Of a DNA stretch of 32,000 bases, positions 8,388 through 16,762 are shown one piece after another. The notes below the pieces were generated by a model. The model was not told the origin of the DNA. It saw only the letters and a program-made list of their open reading frames with translations, and ran no database searches. The translations under genes were made by a program, and so were the position numbers. Source of the DNA: Cylindrospermopsis raciborskii Cr2010 (GTDB lineage: Bacteria; Cyanobacteriota; Cyanobacteriia; Cyanobacteriales; Nostocaceae); contig NZ_CP065936.1 in the NCBI RefSeq assembly GCF_003367075.2, positions 720,001 through 752,000 on the forward strand, in the 5' to 3' direction. How positions within the stretch are numbered: position 1 is the first letter of the stretch; the number at the start of each line of letters is the position of its first letter.

Positions 8388-9539
8388 TTAACTCACCTTT
8401 TGATAAATGGTTTCTAGGAAACGTAAAGCTGTGGGAGCAGGACTATAATTTTTCATAGCCCATTTTCTACCCTCTGTAGCAATTGCTGGTAAAATTTCCG
8501 GTTGATCCGCTATTCTTTCAATTGTGGCTTTAACATTATCTAAATCCACACCAATATAATGTGCCCAATTTTCTGGCATAACAGGTAAACAAACACCATA
8601 TTTTTCAAAATCCACATGAAAAGTAACACATCCAGCTGCTAAAGATTCCCACAATCGCCAACTGTCCCACTGTACTATCTGATGGGATTTTAACTGTAAA
8701 TGATTGAGCATTTGCTTACCTATACGATTCAGTAAACTGGCTGGGTCATCAGGCCAGCTAGGCACAAAAAAACCTCCAAAACAAGCACAAGCAATGGAGT
8801 TTTTTAGACGCTGGTAAAAGCTGGGATAATGTCTCTTACCGGTTTGTAACCACTGCAATTGATGATATGGGTCTGATGTTAGATTGTGGGGACTATCAAT
8901 AGTGTGGTCTATGGAGAAAATTTTACTGATTTGGGGTATAAACATCCGAGAACTAATATTTCTCACAGGATGGCCTTTTTTCCAGTGGCGAAAATTAACC
9001 AAAATTTGTTTTTGACGATCATCAAAATCTGGCACTGTGTTCAGTTCTCGCAAAATTCGACTGCTTAAACCAAAAGCCCAAGGGTAAAAATTATTCCTAG
9101 ATTTACTATTTCCATATTGTAACTTACGATTATAATGGGTTCGAAAAATAAAATCAAACTGGTTGAATTCAGGTCTAAACCTATAAGTTTTATCACTGTC
9201 TTCTCCATCTAAGTAAACCGTAAGATATCCACGATTCGGTTTAAATAGATTATCTACCCAGGCATAATTAACAGACAACCAAATATTAGTCAATATAACC
9301 AAGTCACAATCATCAAAGGTAATATTTGGGTTATAATTAAAAAGATATTTTTCCTCTTGAGATGATTCTAACCAATAATTTACATTAGCAAAAAATGAGA
9401 TTCCTAGTTCCTGAAAACCTTCAGCTAAACAAACCAGTAAATGTTGAAACTGATCACCAACATCATCCAACTCTCGAGGATCACATAAAAAATATACTTT
9501 ACCATTAAACTTATGTTTCAACTGTGCAATTATTGTCAT
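8388..9539 (-). CDS. Uncharacterised protein, possible GT-B-like glycosyltransferase
   Basis: The C-terminal WDSWRLWESLAAGCVTFHV...GRKWAMKNYS resembles the C-terminal half of group-1/exostosin-like transferases. I recognise no firm family. An alternative start at 9584 would overlap hepA by 14 nt. The gene ends 4 nt before the next GT2 starts. Confidence 0.45.
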   Translation of the reverse strand: MTIIAQLKHKFNGKVYFLCDPRELDDVGDQFQHLLVCLAEGFQELGISFFANVNYWLESSQEEKYLFNYNPNITFDDCDLVILTNIWLSVNYAWVDNLFKPNRGYLTVYLDGEDSDKTYRFRPEFNQFDFIFRTHYNRKLQYGNSKSRNNFYPWAFGLSSRILRELNTVPDFDDRQKQILVNFRHWKKGHPVRNISSRMFIPQISKIFSIDHTIDSPHNLTSDPYHQLQWLQTGKRHYPSFYQRLKNSIACACFGGFFVPSWPDDPASLLNRIGKQMLNHLQLKSHQIVQWDSWRLWESLAAGCVTFHVDFEKYGVCLPVMPENWAHYIGVDLDNVKATIERIADQPEILPAIATEGRKWAMKNYSPAPTALRFLETIYQKVS

Positions 9540-9570
9540 GTGTTTTGTATATTTGATAAAGAACCAGAAA

Positions 9571-11400
9571 CTATCTGATATCATTTTGGGTCTGATAATA
9601 TTGCCAAAATTTACCTTGTTGTTGAATCAGATCTTGGTATGAACCCTGTTCCATAATTTTTCCCTGTTCAATGACCACAACTTTATCAGCTTTAGCCACT
9701 GTAGAAAGACGATGGGCAATAACAATTACTGTTCGCCCAATAGTGAATTTATCTAACAACTCTTGAATTACCTGCTCTGTAATTGCATCCAATGCACTAG
9801 TTGGCTCGTCTAAAATAAGGATTTCAGGATTTCTCACTAAAGCTCGAGCAATGGCAATTCTCTGTTGTTGTCCTCCAGATAATTGCATGCCATCAGCACC
9901 AATTATGGTATCAAAACCTTGAGGTAATTTTTGAATAAATTCAAGAGCATTGGCTAACCGTGCAGCTTCAATAATTTCTTCCTCGGTGGCCAGGGGTGTA
10001 CCATAGGCAATATTATGACGAATTGAAGTGTTAAAAATAAAACTTTTTTGACCAACTATAGCCATTTTCCAACGCAGAGAGTTGATTTCAAATTTTTGGA
10101 AATCTAACCCATCTAACAAAATTCTCCCGTTAGTTGGTTCATGGAATCTAGCAAGTAAGTCAGCTAATGTGGTTTTGCCACCACCTGATGCACCAACTAG
10201 GGCAGTCATTTTACCTTTTTCTATTGTCAAGGTGATATCTTTGAGAACTAAATGATTGGGTTCATAACCAAAATTTACAGCCTGTATGTCTATAGCTTTT
10301 TGAATTCCACCAAATTCAAGATAGCCATTTTTAAAATAGGCCTTATTTTCAGATTTCAATAAATCTTTGATATTTTCTACCGCACCAGCTTGAGTATTTA
10401 AGAATGCTAAAACTCCGTTAACATCTTGAATCATTGGTACCAAACGAAACAGTACGAAAAAGAAAGTCAGGAGGTTAGAAATTGGCATTAAATCTACAAC
10501 TACAGCCACGCAAATGATACCAACTAAAATCAGAGTTGATATACTATCCGCCAGGGGTTTAACTATCAGGGAAATCCAATAAACTCTACGCCAAGATTTA
10601 ACAATGTTGGCGCTGGCTTCAAAGTATCTTTGCCGTTCAAACTGTTGTGTACAAAAAGCATGAACTACACGAATACCATCCAAAAACTCCAGCACTCTAG
10701 TGGTAAAAATATCATTGGCTTTAGTAATCTCGAAACTGCGTTCCCTAATATGTTTATTTAGTGTCGATAGTCCTAAGGCTAAAAAGCTAAATAAGAAAAT
10801 AGACAAGATGGAAAGATGCCAGGATAAAACAAATAGGGAAATTGAGTAAACTGCTAAAGTAAGACTTTTAGTGACTAAAAAAGCCAATCCTCCAAAAATC
10901 TGTCTAATTCTCTCCATTTCATTGGTGAGAGTATTAATCAATTCTCCAGAGCTTTTTTTAGAAAAGTAACCCAGAGTTTGTGTACTCAATTGCTCAAAGA
11001 TGCGTTTGCGCAAGTTATCTACTAAATTAATCTCACTAAACTGAATACATAATTGTCCTACATAGTTAAATAATGCCCGTACACAGGTAGTAATTACAAT
11101 GAGAGAGGATATGCGATATAATCGTTCTATTACTGGGGTATTAACTCCTAAAATAAAAATATCAACCCAATCAATTCCCGTTTTTACAGGTGCAGCAGAA
11201 GGAGTGGTTAAACTCTGTAGAAATACCAACAAAAAACCTAAACCAAACCCCTCGAAACTAGCAGCAAGAGCTGAAAAAAATATGGCACCAATGGCCATCA
11301 AGCGAAAATGCTGGAACTCTTTGAGAATTAATTTATGGTTTTGCCAAAAACTTGCACTTTGCAAGATTTCGAGAGGGAGACTAGCAAGTTTAAGGTGCAT
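9571..11400 (-). CDS. hepA: HepA-type ABC exporter (fused 6-TM permease + ATPase, MsbA/PglK-like)
   Basis: It has Walker A GASGGGKTT, signature LSGGQQQRIAIARAL and Walker B ILILDEPTSALD. About 609 aa, and located after a hepC-like gene inside a HEP-type cluster. The ATG at 11400 is preferred over the TTG at 11412. Confidence 0.8.
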   Translation of the reverse strand: MHLKLASLPLEILQSASFWQNHKLILKEFQHFRLMAIGAIFFSALAASFEGFGLGFLLVFLQSLTTPSAAPVKTGIDWVDIFILGVNTPVIERLYRISSLIVITTCVRALFNYVGQLCIQFSEINLVDNLRKRIFEQLSTQTLGYFSKKSSGELINTLTNEMERIRQIFGGLAFLVTKSLTLAVYSISLFVLSWHLSILSIFLFSFLALGLSTLNKHIRERSFEITKANDIFTTRVLEFLDGIRVVHAFCTQQFERQRYFEASANIVKSWRRVYWISLIVKPLADSISTLILVGIICVAVVVDLMPISNLLTFFFVLFRLVPMIQDVNGVLAFLNTQAGAVENIKDLLKSENKAYFKNGYLEFGGIQKAIDIQAVNFGYEPNHLVLKDITLTIEKGKMTALVGASGGGKTTLADLLARFHEPTNGRILLDGLDFQKFEINSLRWKMAIVGQKSFIFNTSIRHNIAYGTPLATEEEIIEAARLANALEFIQKLPQGFDTIIGADGMQLSGGQQQRIAIARALVRNPEILILDEPTSALDAITEQVIQELLDKFTIGRTVIVIAHRLSTVAKADKVVVIEQGKIMEQGSYQDLIQQQGKFWQYYQTQNDIR

Positions 11401-11445
11401 AGGAATTATCAATAGTAATAGAATTAATCACAATCAAGAGAAAAA

Positions 11446-12390
11446 TTACATAGGAGCACGACGGATAAAACGACCAATAGCTGAACCAAGTAAAATCTCC
11501 AAATTTTGCTGCATTAATTTGGCATTGGAATAAAGTTTAATAGGTGTATAACTGTGTTTCCAATACAATTTATCTGTGATGCTAGGAGCACTACCCAACA
11601 AAGCACTCAGCATCAACTTCTTACGCCAAGGCTTGATATTTGGTACCGTCGCATGAGACATAATAGTACCACCAGGAATAAAATCCATACCGTCAGGTCC
11701 AACCGTACTTAAAGGATAATTATTTAACATTAAAGCTAAATTCAAGTAGGTTTGATCTCCATATAAATAGGGAGGAAAATTAAAAGTACGACTCCCGTAT
11801 AGATCCGTTAGGTCGCTATAACCCAATTTCTCACCTATTTCTTGCAAATTTTGCCAAGTAGTCAGAACTGATTGATATTGCTTGGGTATGCCAATAAACC
11901 CACTATTATAGTGATAATCTAATTGACGTTCACAAATAAAACCATTACTTTCGGCGAATTCTTTCCATGCTAGTCTTCGGGGATGATTAGCAGGAACCAA
12001 ATACCAGGAGTCACCACAAATGGCAATCCCCCGACTAACCCAGTTTTCATAAAAGTTCCATTTACACTTATTGACTATATCAGGATCAAAGTAAAATAAT
12101 GCCTCCATATCACAACAGTATTTTTGCCATAGTAGAGACATAAAATCAGGTTTGTAAAAACCTAGATGTTTATTGGTTTTTACCTCTATAAATCTGATGG
12201 CACAATCTGGAGACACAGTAAACTCTTCGTAACCTGCTCCTGTTTTTAAATACTTCGCCCAACTTGGTAATTTACCACGATAGCCAGCCCAGCATATTCC
12301 TTTAAAACCATGATGGTGTAATGAGTTGACCAACGCGCCTACACCATAGTGGTAGTCTTTTTCAAATACGGTACAAATAGCGGTTTTCAT
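11446..12390 (-). CDS. Putative GT-A fold, GT8-like (glycogenin/LgtC-like) glycosyltransferase
   Basis: GT8-like motifs appear in the usual order: FYFDPDIV (DxD), NSGFIGI, GDQTYLNL and MSHATVPNIKPW (H...KPW). Confidence 0.55.
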   Translation of the reverse strand: MKTAICTVFEKDYHYGVGALVNSLHHHGFKGICWAGYRGKLPSWAKYLKTGAGYEEFTVSPDCAIRFIEVKTNKHLGFYKPDFMSLLWQKYCCDMEALFYFDPDIVNKCKWNFYENWVSRGIAICGDSWYLVPANHPRRLAWKEFAESNGFICERQLDYHYNSGFIGIPKQYQSVLTTWQNLQEIGEKLGYSDLTDLYGSRTFNFPPYLYGDQTYLNLALMLNNYPLSTVGPDGMDFIPGGTIMSHATVPNIKPWRKKLMLSALLGSAPSITDKLYWKHSYTPIKLYSNAKLMQQNLEILLGSAIGRFIRRAPM

Positions 12391-12465
12391 TTTTTGTTGC
12401 CCTTGTTAGCTGTTGTTAATTATGTGAACTTTCATGGGTTATTAGCAACCCTGGGCTAGGTTTGT

Positions 12466-13110
12466 CTAAAGCTTGGAGTGTCTGGAGTTAAATAAACTAG
12501 TTTCACCCCGCAAGATATTGAATAGCTCTGGCAATCTATGTAATCTTAACTTCGTCATTCCTAGGCTCGAAATCGGAAGATTTTGTTGAAGATTATGATC
12601 AAAATTTACCAAACGAAATAATTTGCCCTTTTTGCCAATACACCATTCATACTTAAATATTGATCCTGGCGATTTCAATAACATTAATAAGACTATAACT
12701 GCTATTAAAGGACTAAATAAAGATAAGAAGAACAATGCCAAAAATATGTTTATTGTTCTCTCTAATATCCCCAATATATCATCACCTATGGTAAGAGGTT
12801 GATTTTTATTAACAGGACGTATAAATATTGGTTTATTAGCCTTCTCACAAGCATTTGCCCAAAATTTTAATGTGGAGTTTCCCAGTTTGGAATCTATAGT
12901 TACTAAATTAACTGTGGAATGTTTTAGACAGTTAATCAACTGTTGTTCATTGTTTAGGGAAGGTAAATGTATTGGTGAGGAATTTCGGGAGGATGTAACT
13001 AATAACTGATCCCTACGCCATTTAAGAGAGTAAGATGGAAAAGCAAAATTTTCAGATAGGTCAGATAGAACACCAGATTGCTGTAAACTAGGAAAAATAG
13101 AAGTTGTCAT
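12466..13110 (-). CDS. hepC: HepC-like bacterial sugar transferase, truncated and degenerate
   Basis: It has the TM helix plus SPGSIFKYEWCIGKKGKLFRLVNF and LHRLPELFNILRGETSLF. These correspond to the SPGP..R.G..G..F...KFRTM and DELPQL.NVL.G.MSLVGPRP blocks of undecaprenyl-P sugar-phosphate transferases. The ORF stops right after the second block. It lies upstream of hepA. Confidence 0.6.
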   Translation of the reverse strand: MTTSIFPSLQQSGVLSDLSENFAFPSYSLKWRRDQLLVTSSRNSSPIHLPSLNNEQQLINCLKHSTVNLVTIDSKLGNSTLKFWANACEKANKPIFIRPVNKNQPLTIGDDILGILERTINIFLALFFLSLFSPLIAVIVLLMLLKSPGSIFKYEWCIGKKGKLFRLVNFDHNLQQNLPISSLGMTKLRLHRLPELFNILRGETSLFNSRHSKL

Positions 13111-13228
13111 TGTCGTGTTTTTCCTCTCTCTATATTTTCTATAATAGAATAAGATGGTCAGTTGATTTTTGAACTCATGAATTCTTTATTTATTCTTGAC
13201 TAACTCTTGATTAATTCCTTAAATATAA

Positions 13229-13320
13229 GGAGGCACAATTATTTGTAGGATGGGTTAGCGGTAGGGTAACCCATGGGTGCGTTGATCTTATATTTAATTC
13301 CACTCATCCACTTATAGAAC
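13229..13320 (-). repeat. Dispersed intergenic repeat, copy B (inverted relative to copy A, no nested insert)
   Basis: The reverse complement aligns to 482-598 minus 519-547. It has the same ATGGGTTA-N9-TAACCCAT hairpin. Confidence 0.8.
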
Positions 13321-13350
13321 AACAGAAAGTTCCCCGTTTCCTCAGAATAA

Positions 13351-15597
13351 TTATTTTTCCACAAATTCTTTTAGAGCTAATGCTTGTGGTTTGATATATG
13401 GAACATAAGTGCTTTCAGAGTCAGATACCCCGTTAGCTACAACGCCAATAAGATTTAACTTGCTCAACATAGATGTAGCCTGGGCTAGATGATTATGTGT
13501 CACTTTACCAATGCTAGCAACCATAACTACACTTCGACAGGAAGAACCTGTAATTATTGCATCTACCATACCCAACACTGAAGGTGCATCTATGAGCACT
13601 AAATCATAATTTTCTTCAAACATGGTAATTATTTCCCTCATACGTGGAGAGCTTAAAAGATGTGCTGGGTCTGCAGGTATAGGACCAGCAGTTAAAATAT
13701 CAATGTAAGCTGAACCTGAGTAGGAAATTCCTATTTGATCGGGTATGTTTGCATCATTAGCTAACAGAGTTGATAGACCCTGTTCATTCGGTAGATTTAA
13801 CTGCTTATGTAAATTTGGGTCTCGTAAATTGGCATCAATTAGGAGCACTCTTTTATGTAGACGTGCTGCACTCATAGCTAAACCTAAGGTTAAAGATGAC
13901 TTACTGATATCTGGTAATGCTGAAGTTACCATTAAGGATTTTAAATCGGACTTGCTGTGGAGCAATTCGATATTTTTATAAATCAAATCTAGGGACTCCC
14001 ACCCAGGAGAAGATTGTAAAACCTGAATTGTCCAGGGAGCTAAAACATCCGGTTTACCAAAAGGCAATTTAATGACGGATTCCTTACCTTTTGCTGATGG
14101 TAATTTTGGTGTTGTTCCCAATAAAGGTAATGCTAATTGTTTTTGCAATTGGGCGGTAGTATGCACCGCATCATCTGATGACTCACGGATAAAAGCAGCA
14201 ACTCCACCTAAGATAAATCCTACAATTGCACCCAGTAATAAATTTTGTGAAAGATTGGGTCCTAATTTAACGCCCATTTTTGGTTCTTCTACTACTTGCC
14301 AATTAAATCCACCTTTAGACAATTCTTGACGCAATTGCTGTTCTGCTCTTAGCAATTGTTCCATTCTTTCTCGACTAAATTTTAGTTGGGGAATGATCCG
14401 ATTGTAGTAGGATAATAGAGAAGGAAACCGTTTTAACTGCAATTGGAGTTGACTTTCTTTCTGAGCTAAGGTCTGATCTCTAGCGCTCAGTGCCACAATA
14501 TTAGTTTGAGTGGTTACCAATTCACTGGTTAAGTTCAGATCAATTTGTCCTAGTTGTCCTTGTTCTAACAAATTTTCTCCGAAATTTAAGGAATTATTAT
14601 TCTCACCTAGAGTTCTGCTTACCTCTTTTTGTAAAAGTCCTTTTTGATCTTGCAGTTGTTGATTTAGTTTCTGTACGTTAGGAGTATCATCGGTAAAACG
14701 CAATCGCTCTTGAGCTAAAGCCAACTCTGTTTTCTGAATTTCATTGAGCAAACCTTGGTAGCGCGTAGACTGACTCAAACGAGAAGAAACTAAAGCATTT
14801 TGTGGTGAGCGATTCAGTTGTTGTTGCAAGGATTTTTGCTTAGCTATGGCTTCTTGGTATAGAGAATGAGTGGTTTGTCTTTCCTTGCGAATACTATTTA
14901 AAGTTTCTTCAATTGCTTTTGCTTCTAACTCCGGATCAATCAAATTCTGATTGCGGCGAAATCGTTGTAAATTAGCCTCTGACGCGTTCACTTCGTCAGT
15001 TGCTTTATTTAGCTGTTCTCTAATAATTTGTAGACCTTTTTGTAACCGAATATCCTGTTGATTTTTATTGTACTCAAGATACACTTGCTGAATAGCAGTC
15101 AGAACCTTTTGGGTTTTATATGGATCATCACTGATATAATCAATTTGAAAAATTTTCGTGGCAATATTATCTTCAGAGGTCTTAATCTGAGTCGCAACTA
15201 AGGATTTTTTAAGTTCCTCTGTAGTGATATCCGGATATTCGGACTTAAGCCGAGTCACTGCTTTTTGTAAAAGTGCAGAACTCCTCATTAAATTTAACTG
15301 GGTCGCTGTGTCAATAACAATGTTAGATTCAGTGAAATCCGTTCCCAATTTATCTTCCTTTTCCCTTCCTTGGTAGTTAGGTTCTATCAATAACTGGAGG
15401 GTACTTTGGAAAGTTGGTTGAGTTTTTGCAGTGATAATTCCAGCTACTGCTGTGGAAGTTAAAAGTACTAATAGAACCCAAGGAAATCTTCTAATAAATA
15501 CAGACAACATTTGTCCATAGCTTGCTTCTGAATCTGCTGAAGTATTTAGAGGTGAGTTTAAACTAGTTTGAAGCACTGTAATTATCCTTCTATACAA
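13351..15597 (-). CDS. Polysaccharide co-polymerase (Wzz/GumC domain) fused to a BY-kinase-like P-loop domain (Wzc-like)
   Basis: It has an N-terminal TM, a long coiled-coil periplasmic region, a second TM (LLLGAIVGFILGGVAAFI) and a C-terminal ATPase-like domain (VLLIDANLRDP, YDLVLIDAPS). The track start is TTG at 15597; an alternative ATG lies at 15510. Confidence 0.8.
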   Translation of the reverse strand: MYRRIITVLQTSLNSPLNTSADSEASYGQMLSVFIRRFPWVLLVLLTSTAVAGIITAKTQPTFQSTLQLLIEPNYQGREKEDKLGTDFTESNIVIDTATQLNLMRSSALLQKAVTRLKSEYPDITTEELKKSLVATQIKTSEDNIATKIFQIDYISDDPYKTQKVLTAIQQVYLEYNKNQQDIRLQKGLQIIREQLNKATDEVNASEANLQRFRRNQNLIDPELEAKAIEETLNSIRKERQTTHSLYQEAIAKQKSLQQQLNRSPQNALVSSRLSQSTRYQGLLNEIQKTELALAQERLRFTDDTPNVQKLNQQLQDQKGLLQKEVSRTLGENNNSLNFGENLLEQGQLGQIDLNLTSELVTTQTNIVALSARDQTLAQKESQLQLQLKRFPSLLSYYNRIIPQLKFSRERMEQLLRAEQQLRQELSKGGFNWQVVEEPKMGVKLGPNLSQNLLLGAIVGFILGGVAAFIRESSDDAVHTTAQLQKQLALPLLGTTPKLPSAKGKESVIKLPFGKPDVLAPWTIQVLQSSPGWESLDLIYKNIELLHSKSDLKSLMVTSALPDISKSSLTLGLAMSAARLHKRVLLIDANLRDPNLHKQLNLPNEQGLSTLLANDANIPDQIGISYSGSAYIDILTAGPIPADPAHLLSSPRMREIITMFEENYDLVLIDAPSVLGMVDAIITGSSCRSVVMVASIGKVTHNHLAQATSMLSKLNLIGVVANGVSDSESTYVPYIKPQALALKEFVEK

Positions 15598-15670
15598 GAG
15601 ACTATAGACTAAAAATTCGAATCATTGACGAAAGTATTAAAATTTGGGGGTGCTATACCCCTTCATTCCA

Positions 15671-16762
15671 TCAGTGATGTATACCGGAGTTTTTCATGAC
15701 AATCTCCTCTATCTTTTGAAAAAACACTGATTCTGAGAAGTTGTTAACAGCGTGATTGCGAATGCTTTGATAATTCCAAGCTATTTCCTTGGCCCGAAAT
15801 AATCCTGTCTGTAGAGAGTCAGCTGATTGTCTGTTAAAAAACACTCCAGTTTTTCCAGGTATTTGAGTGTCTAAAACACCCCCTGCACCATAAGCAATCA
15901 CTGGAGTTCCACTGGCATTCGCTTCTACTGGCACTAATCCATAGTCTTCCAATGCTGCAACAATAATGGACTTAGCTCTAGAAAATAGGTCCTTACGCTT
16001 AACGTCGCTCACATGACCTAAAAATTGAATATTATCTAGTGCTTTGGATTTTAACCTTTGTAGTTCTGGTCCGTCACCTGATATTAATAAAGGCCAACCT
16101 AACCAGTTAAAAGCCTCGACTATGATATCAAAACGTTTATAACTTATCATCCTAGCAGATGCCAAGTAGTAGTCATCTTTTATTTCAGAAAAAACAAAAT
16201 TATTGGTATCAATTGGATAATTGACTACCATTGCTTCCTTGCCATATATTTGTTGTATACGTTTGGCAACAACGCTGGAATTGGCAATGTATAAATCTGG
16301 TTCCTGGGAGTATTTCAGATCCACATTTCTCATCATAGCAAATATTTTTTCTATTACTGGAGCAAAGTAACGATAATCTCCATACTCCCGTAAATAAGTT
16401 TGTGTATCCCATAAAAATCTAGTTACATTGTGACAGAAGCAAATGTGTTGAGCTTCCTTTTTTTTACGAACCGCTTTGGCAAAGCTCGTACTGCTACTAA
16501 TAATTAAATCATAGTCTTGTAAATCCAGGGAACGGAAAGCTGGAAAGTATAACGGGGCTATAAGTCGAAAATATTTCTTAGCCCCAGGAATGCTTTGTAA
16601 AAAAGTAGTTTTAACTATCCGATCGCCTAAGTCAATAGTTTTTTGGGCATCATATACAGATGTAAAAATATCCGCTTCGGGGTAGTATTTGCAAAGCAAT
16701 TCAAATACTCGCTCTGCTCCACCGCGCTGGGTTAAATAGTCATGGACTAGAGCAATTTTCAT
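15671..16762 (-). CDS. Glycosyltransferase family 4
   Basis: It has MKIALVHDYLTQRGGAERV at the N-terminus and ALEDYGLVPVEANASGTPVIAYGAGG (E-x7-E region). Confidence 0.85.
   Translation of the reverse strand: MKIALVHDYLTQRGGAERVFELLCKYYPEADIFTSVYDAQKTIDLGDRIVKTTFLQSIPGAKKYFRLIAPLYFPAFRSLDLQDYDLIISSSTSFAKAVRKKKEAQHICFCHNVTRFLWDTQTYLREYGDYRYFAPVIEKIFAMMRNVDLKYSQEPDLYIANSSVVAKRIQQIYGKEAMVVNYPIDTNNFVFSEIKDDYYLASARMISYKRFDIIVEAFNWLGWPLLISGDGPELQRLKSKALDNIQFLGHVSDVKRKDLFSRAKSIIVAALEDYGLVPVEANASGTPVIAYGAGGVLDTQIPGKTGVFFNRQSADSLQTGLFRAKEIAWNYQSIRNHAVNNFSESVFFQKIEEIVMKNSGIHH

Noticed and set aside
11099-11533. A 144-aa plus-strand ORF, with similar antisense ORFs at 43-297, 3231-3548, 4268-4486, 5619-5928, 6551-6920, 8886-9068, 13745-14329, 16209-16412, 17391-17576, 24700-24885, 26921-27121, 28450-28638 and 28858-29064
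   Set aside because: All lie inside, and mostly antisense to or out of frame with, much longer ORFs that carry clear family motifs. Their sequences are low-complexity or basic, typical of shadow ORFs.
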